From Giardia intestinalis (Eukaryota): 64,000 nt of DNA. This document shows positions 34,301-40,300 of this stretch, piece after piece. The stretch lies in assembly GCA_000002435.2 (NCBI GenBank), contig CM018791.1, one strand, 5' to 3'. A model generated the notes under the pieces. It was given only the letters and a program-made list of their open reading frames with translations. It ran no database searches and was not told the origin of the DNA. How positions within the stretch are numbered: the first letter of the stretch is position 1; each line of letters begins with the position of its first letter. A program made the position numbers and the translations under genes.

Positions 34301-37300
34301 AAGTGGGCAAGGTATTTGGCCTGCACTGCCTGTACATGAGTTGCAACTGTGCTAACGCTGAGAGAAAAGTTTCCTGACATCTTTGCCTTGATGTTTTGTT
34401 GTTCAGCCTCTTCCTCTCTGTCTGAAAGGTCCTCGTCATTGTCATCCTCTTCAACGCTAGCGTATAAATTGAGCATAATCTTGTTATGATCAAGCGATTG
34501 TTGAGCTCGTGATCCCGCTGCGCCAGAGCTGCCCCCAATGATGTTGGAGCTCAGCATAATAAGCTCTGCAATGCTATCGGACTCTGATCCGAACAGGACT
34601 CGGTAAACGTTGTGCTGCTCTGGGGAGAGAATCTCAAAGAGTGGTAGCTCCTTGTAGTCCAGTTCTAGCATGAGAAATCTGGATGACATTAGTTTGTATT
34701 CCAAAAGTAAATTGGGTGAGCGTAGATATTCACGGGTGAGCATTTTGAAATGTCGTGGCTGGAATGCAATCGAGGAAATGAACTTGAATTGGGGCAAAAG
34801 AGTCTCGATTCTCTCTAGGAGCTCTATTGTTAGTGTGAGAAGGGAGGGAGGCTGTAGGTAATAATTAATTGCCTCAAGCATCGTTGGTTCAGGCTGATTT
34901 CGCTTAAAGTCATCTATTCCTTCAAACTCGCTAAAATTATATAGTAAGGGTTCTATCCTGTCCTGCTTTTTGTATTGAACGAGGACTGTTTCTGGATCGT
35001 AATTGTCAAGATTTTGAGCCATAGAGGCGGGTATGACGACTTTGCCCCGGGTCTCAAGGGTTGTCACGTCTGTGATGCTAACGCTAACGCCTGTACTAGT
35101 TGGAAGTTCTGTGGTAAGAGAGATGTCCTCGTCAGCTGCCGAATCAAAGTCAGAATCGTCTGGAAGCTGATCATTATGGTAGCCAAGTATGCCCTTACCT
35201 TGTAGTTCGTATTGGTCACTAATAGTCTTGCCCATCGAGCGTTGGGATTGACGCAGAGAATGTAAAAACTCTCCTGTCTTGACTATCTTTCCGTTTTTAA
35301 GCATCTTTCCTTGAGAATGCAACATTTCATCGAGTAGTGCCCGGTCTGCAACCACCTCTTTGTATATTAGTAGCAGATATTTGAGGACTGTCCTATTAAT
35401 TTCTCCGGCCACAGAAGTCGGTGGCTCCTCGTGATTATCTCCATAGGAACACTCAAGCACGCAGTCAGTAATCACTGTAGGATCAAGCAGATGGGATTCC
35501 AGGAATGGTCTGAAAAGAGCCTCTAATAGTAGTATGTCCTCTTCTGGCGATTCATGAGGGGCATCATTCCTTTGGCTTTCAAAGGCCAGCTCATCGTGAT
35601 GTGCTTTCTGAGCAATGCGATGGGCAGTGATTCGCGCTTTCAGATCCAATTCGCCCAGATTCATGCAAATACTAGTGAACTTAGCTTCATCATAGATTGC
35701 TTGAAACCGTGCTCTTAACCCCGTAAAAACACGCTTAATGGCTCTTACCTTCCGCCCAACAGAAGGATAGTCAACCATGCAAAGAGGCCTCGAAAAGTCG
35801 TTCTTAATGAGGAGGTTCAATCCGTGCATGAAAAGCCAGAAGTCCCGCCTGATCTTACCAATCCGTCTGATTGCCCTAATAACAAACTCAGACTCGACTA
35901 TAGCAGTGGGGGAGAGCTTCCTAGTGACAGTACGGATGTGCTGGGGGACGGGTTCTCCGGGTTGTTCTTCTATCTCTTTTGCCGACTGGAGCACAAGGTC
36001 CAGTGCCTCAGTGGTAAAATCATCCTCCTCAGCTATCTGCTGTATGCTCACGGCAGGCTGATCGAGTGAGCCACTAGGAGATGGGCCATCCTTTTGTGGC
36101 TCCTGGATATTGTCTGCAGGGCATCGGCTGGTAACGCCCTCTCCCTCGTGGAGAGTGTCGGGCTCGCCCAAATAAACATCTCTGTAATAATAGCTTATAA
36201 CAGTCTCCTCCGGCATAAAGAATTCTGTGCTTTCAAACAGGTGGATACACTGATAAAAGTACAGGCTTTCATCATCGATGGTCATAGAGGCCTGAAGCGC
36301 ATTAATAAAGAACTCGTACCTGTGTCTACATACAGCAGAGCCTGTCGAAATGGGAGCCTCGAAAACATCGGGCCCCTCTAGATTGGTTTGATTAAGTAAG
36401 TAGTAAAAGAGTTCAGTTGGTGTCCGTATTGCTCCGATAGAAGAAATGTCTGCGCAACCAGGGTGCTCGTTGAGTGGGTCTTCGAGACTTTGACCATCAT
36501 CATTCTCAGCGGACTGAGAACCGATCACCATTTGATCAACGTCTAGAATTGCTTTGAGGGAGTCATAACAAAGCCTCTGGAGTTTGAAAAATAGAACAAT
36601 GAGGTCGTAACGGAAGACAGAGTAAAGGCGAGTGCGCTTATCTGCAAATCTGGCCAACAAAAGATCAAACATTTGCAGGGATCTATCAAAATCTTTCATT
36701 GCCTCATTGCAATTAGGGTCCTCCTTGAACTTGAAAAACTTCTCAAAGTAGTCCTGTACCCCTTCTACAGCACCTGCATCACTAATGATATTCTTGTAAA
36801 TGGCAAGCTCGCTCATTACTTCACACTTCCTGTACAGCTCATGAAAGAGCCTATGCTCAATTTTGGCCTCCTCAAAGTATTGCAGAACGTCTTTTGTCTG
36901 CAAGAGCTTGTCTTTATCAATCACTTGTGTGGTGATCTCCTCGTTTCTGAGAAAGTCAATATCGCTTAAGGCGGCATTATTGAAGGTCATCGCGGTGAAG
37001 CTTTTATCTGGTATTTTCTTCAGCTCTGCAGTGTAAAAGCCTATCTTGTGGATACAATTCTTGGCAACAATAAGAATCGTCTTGGGAATAGACAACCTAA
37101 CAAACTGTAGGAGCTTTATCATGATTGGCAGAAGCGCAGAAGCAATCGGAGTTGAATCTACCTGGAAGCAAAGGATACATCGCTTGACCCGTAGCTTTGT
37201 CAGAGATAAAACAACGTGTTCAATGGAATCGATGCGAGACCTGAATAAATATGGGTTCAACTCTGTAATCAAACGAAGAAATGCACTTCTAACAAAGTTG

Positions 37301-40300
37301 TCAGATTCTGGCAATAAAGGTACAGTTCTGTTGTTTAAATGCTGGAGACCTGCCTGATAGCGAGCTGTTTCATCCATTTCTGGGACTTCGTCAATAGGGG
37401 ATGCAAGACCGTTAGATGGAAATGCGTAATTGGTCATCATCCTAAAATCAAATTCGGAAGCTAGCTGGCATAGAAATGCATAGTCGTTTGCGTACTCTTC
37501 GGCAGCCCGCCGGTGTGTGTATGAAATGCCCGGGTGTTCTTCTGTAAGTAGCTGCAAGCTCTTGTCAGAGGACTCGGACTCCTCAGAGTGCTGATTCAGT
37601 ACTGGTTTGGCAGCGCGTGTTGTAAAGCTGACGGTATGTGACGCAATTGGAACCTTTTGCTGCATAAGCTGTTGAATAAGCCCTTCGTCGCTCAATCGGC
37701 TAATGCAGTCACTCACGCCCACAAGAAGATCCAAGAATCCGACGGCATACTCACGAATCTTATCGCATCCGTGCTCTAGGTGCTGCTTAAGCGCCCTTAT
37801 TCCATTGGTATACTCCCCATACTCACCTAAAATGTCTTTGATTGATATTCCTACCAGCGGGGCGTGAGCTCCACTGTCCGAAAAGAAGGAAGAAAGCTTC
37901 ACGAAGCTCATGGGCCGGATTGACCGGTGAACACATGTAGCATAGTCAGACAACACGTCTCCTATAAAATTGATAAAGTCAGTACGGGACGGGTACATGC
38001 ACAAGCCTTCCATAGTTAGGATAAGTTGGATATTGAAAATGGGTGCCGGCGGCAGCCTACCATCAAGGATATACAGGGGAACTCCCGTGAACTTCCTGAC
38101 ATTAATAGCGCTCTCGGTGTTTGGAACTAACACAGCTATCTGCGTCAAAAGATGGCTAATGTCCTCATTGCGCTCTTGACGAAGGTCAATGGTTGTGAGG
38201 CTTTGCTCCTTCTCTTGCTGCTTCTTTTGCAGAATGGGGTTTTCTACAGAGCTCTTCTTTGCTAGGGCAGTGGGTCCTAAATCATCATAGATATCTAGTG
38301 AATCCTCTCCTTTACGATTAGCGAGAATGGAACTTTTTATCTTCCCAACAAGTAACGCCGCTATACTCTGGTCTCCTCCTCCTCCATCTATGGAAGTCTC
38401 TTGGAGCTTGACATAGCGAGCTAATCTAATGGAATCAATGAATGGGAAATCATTAGCAGACTCGCTGGCGATACGCGATAAATCGCTGGCGCACGATTTC
38501 ACAAACTGACTCAGAAGCAGGTAGTCGTCTTTTTTCACAGTCGCCTTTGCTTCGTTATCTAGATGATGAAGCACCTCGTGTGAGGCATTCTTTTGCTTAT
38601 CAGCTCCTTGTGCTAAGTATTTTTGGACCTTTGGCGGGTTTATAAGGAGTCTGCGCCCACCATCCTCTTGGAGCAAGTTGAGATCTTCTTGTGTCAACTC
38701 CCGGATGCTCTGGGGCGCCGTTGATTCTTGTTCGCGGGGGATGCATGGCACACCGAAAAATAAATCCATTAGATCGTCATTTGCTTGAAGTAAGAGTTCA
38801 AGCATGAACTTAACCATCATATAATCGACCAGACGAATCATTGCCCGCACTCTAGACATGTTAAATACGGAATAGCTCGATAGCGTAGACAGTATTGCTT
38901 TCGAATTGCGCTTCTGCGCCTTTTTAGAATCGTGACTAACATCAGAACGACCCTTGACAGACGCTGGGCCGACTTGTTGCTGCGCTTTGGCGCTAGAAAC
39001 TCCAGACGAAGAAGCGCTTTCTGATGCACTCTGCTGAATGATACGACCATGGACCTGCTGCTGCACTTGCTTTCCCAGCACTAGAAGGATTTCGGAGATC
39101 GTTGTAATATAGTTGCCCAGAAGAGACTTGACGGCAGTGATCCGGTTGCGCGACTCCACTACGAACTGCTTGAGAGTTATGGTGCTTGGAACATTGGTCA
39201 TAGTTACGTACAAAGCCTCTGCTCTCTTTTTATCCAGGCCCAATCTGGTTAAGTATGTTGGAAGAAATTCAAAGCAGTACTTCTTAAAGGGAACAAAGCG
39301 GAGCTCTAATGAAAACTGGTAGCACAAACTGTGAATTTCCTGGAGCGGGCCCAGGAAGACGTTACTGGCCAAAAGGCTGGAGCGTGTCAGTGCCGAAATG
39401 GACTTATTACGAGCTGTAGTCGCTATGCTGTGCTTCCAGAGGCTCAAGTACTTTCGCTGCCTAAAGGTGGAGAAAAAGTTGTTCCTCCGTAACTCGAGGT
39501 AGTATCTGCGCTCCCTTTCCCAATCAGCGATGCTTAGAAGCTGTGTTGTCTTAGTGGCTGGCTCCTGATAGCATATACCGTTGCAAGAAAGAGTAAAGTA
39601 CCGATCTGGGTTGATTTGGTGATATGCACAGACCAGCAGCTCGTATGGGTTCTGCCATGGATGTGATTGTGCGTAGACCTGTGACACGTCACAAGCAGCC
39701 GCTGGGCAATGTACATTCTCAACGGAGGAGTGACTGCGAGGAGTTTTTCTCCCAGACGGTGTGTCTGATGAGATTTGCCCTCTGGCAAAAGCATCGGCGG
39801 CAGTGTAACCTACTTCAGCATGACTTAAAATCATTTGGCGGACAGAGGGGATATCATATGTAAGATAAATAAATTCGGATTGCATGAGTCCACTTGCAAT
39901 AAGCTCAGGAGAGGCGTTAAGAAAGGCCTCGTACTGAGTCTTAAGGCCCGTGTAGTAGGTTTCTGCATACATCATGAGTTCGTAGGAAGTAGTATAGCTA
40001 AAAGAGCTTCGATCGCCATCCAAATTCTTAAAGTAGTTACGGAGCTCCCTGCAAATATCAAACTTTTGGTTATGAGAGTAACCTTTGGCCAGTTGAAAGG
40101 GGGACTCTGTAAATTTGGTAGAGAAGCTCGACTTTCGTAATCCTCCTGGGGACCCGTGCACGGAATGCCCTGTGGCAGAGTCGGCTATAACTTGCTCGCC
40201 ATTAACATCTTGGCAGATGATACGCTCAATCTCCGCGCGTTCTTTAATACACTTAAAGATTGGAAGTACTGCGTCTATCTCGATAATAGCTTTTGTCAGT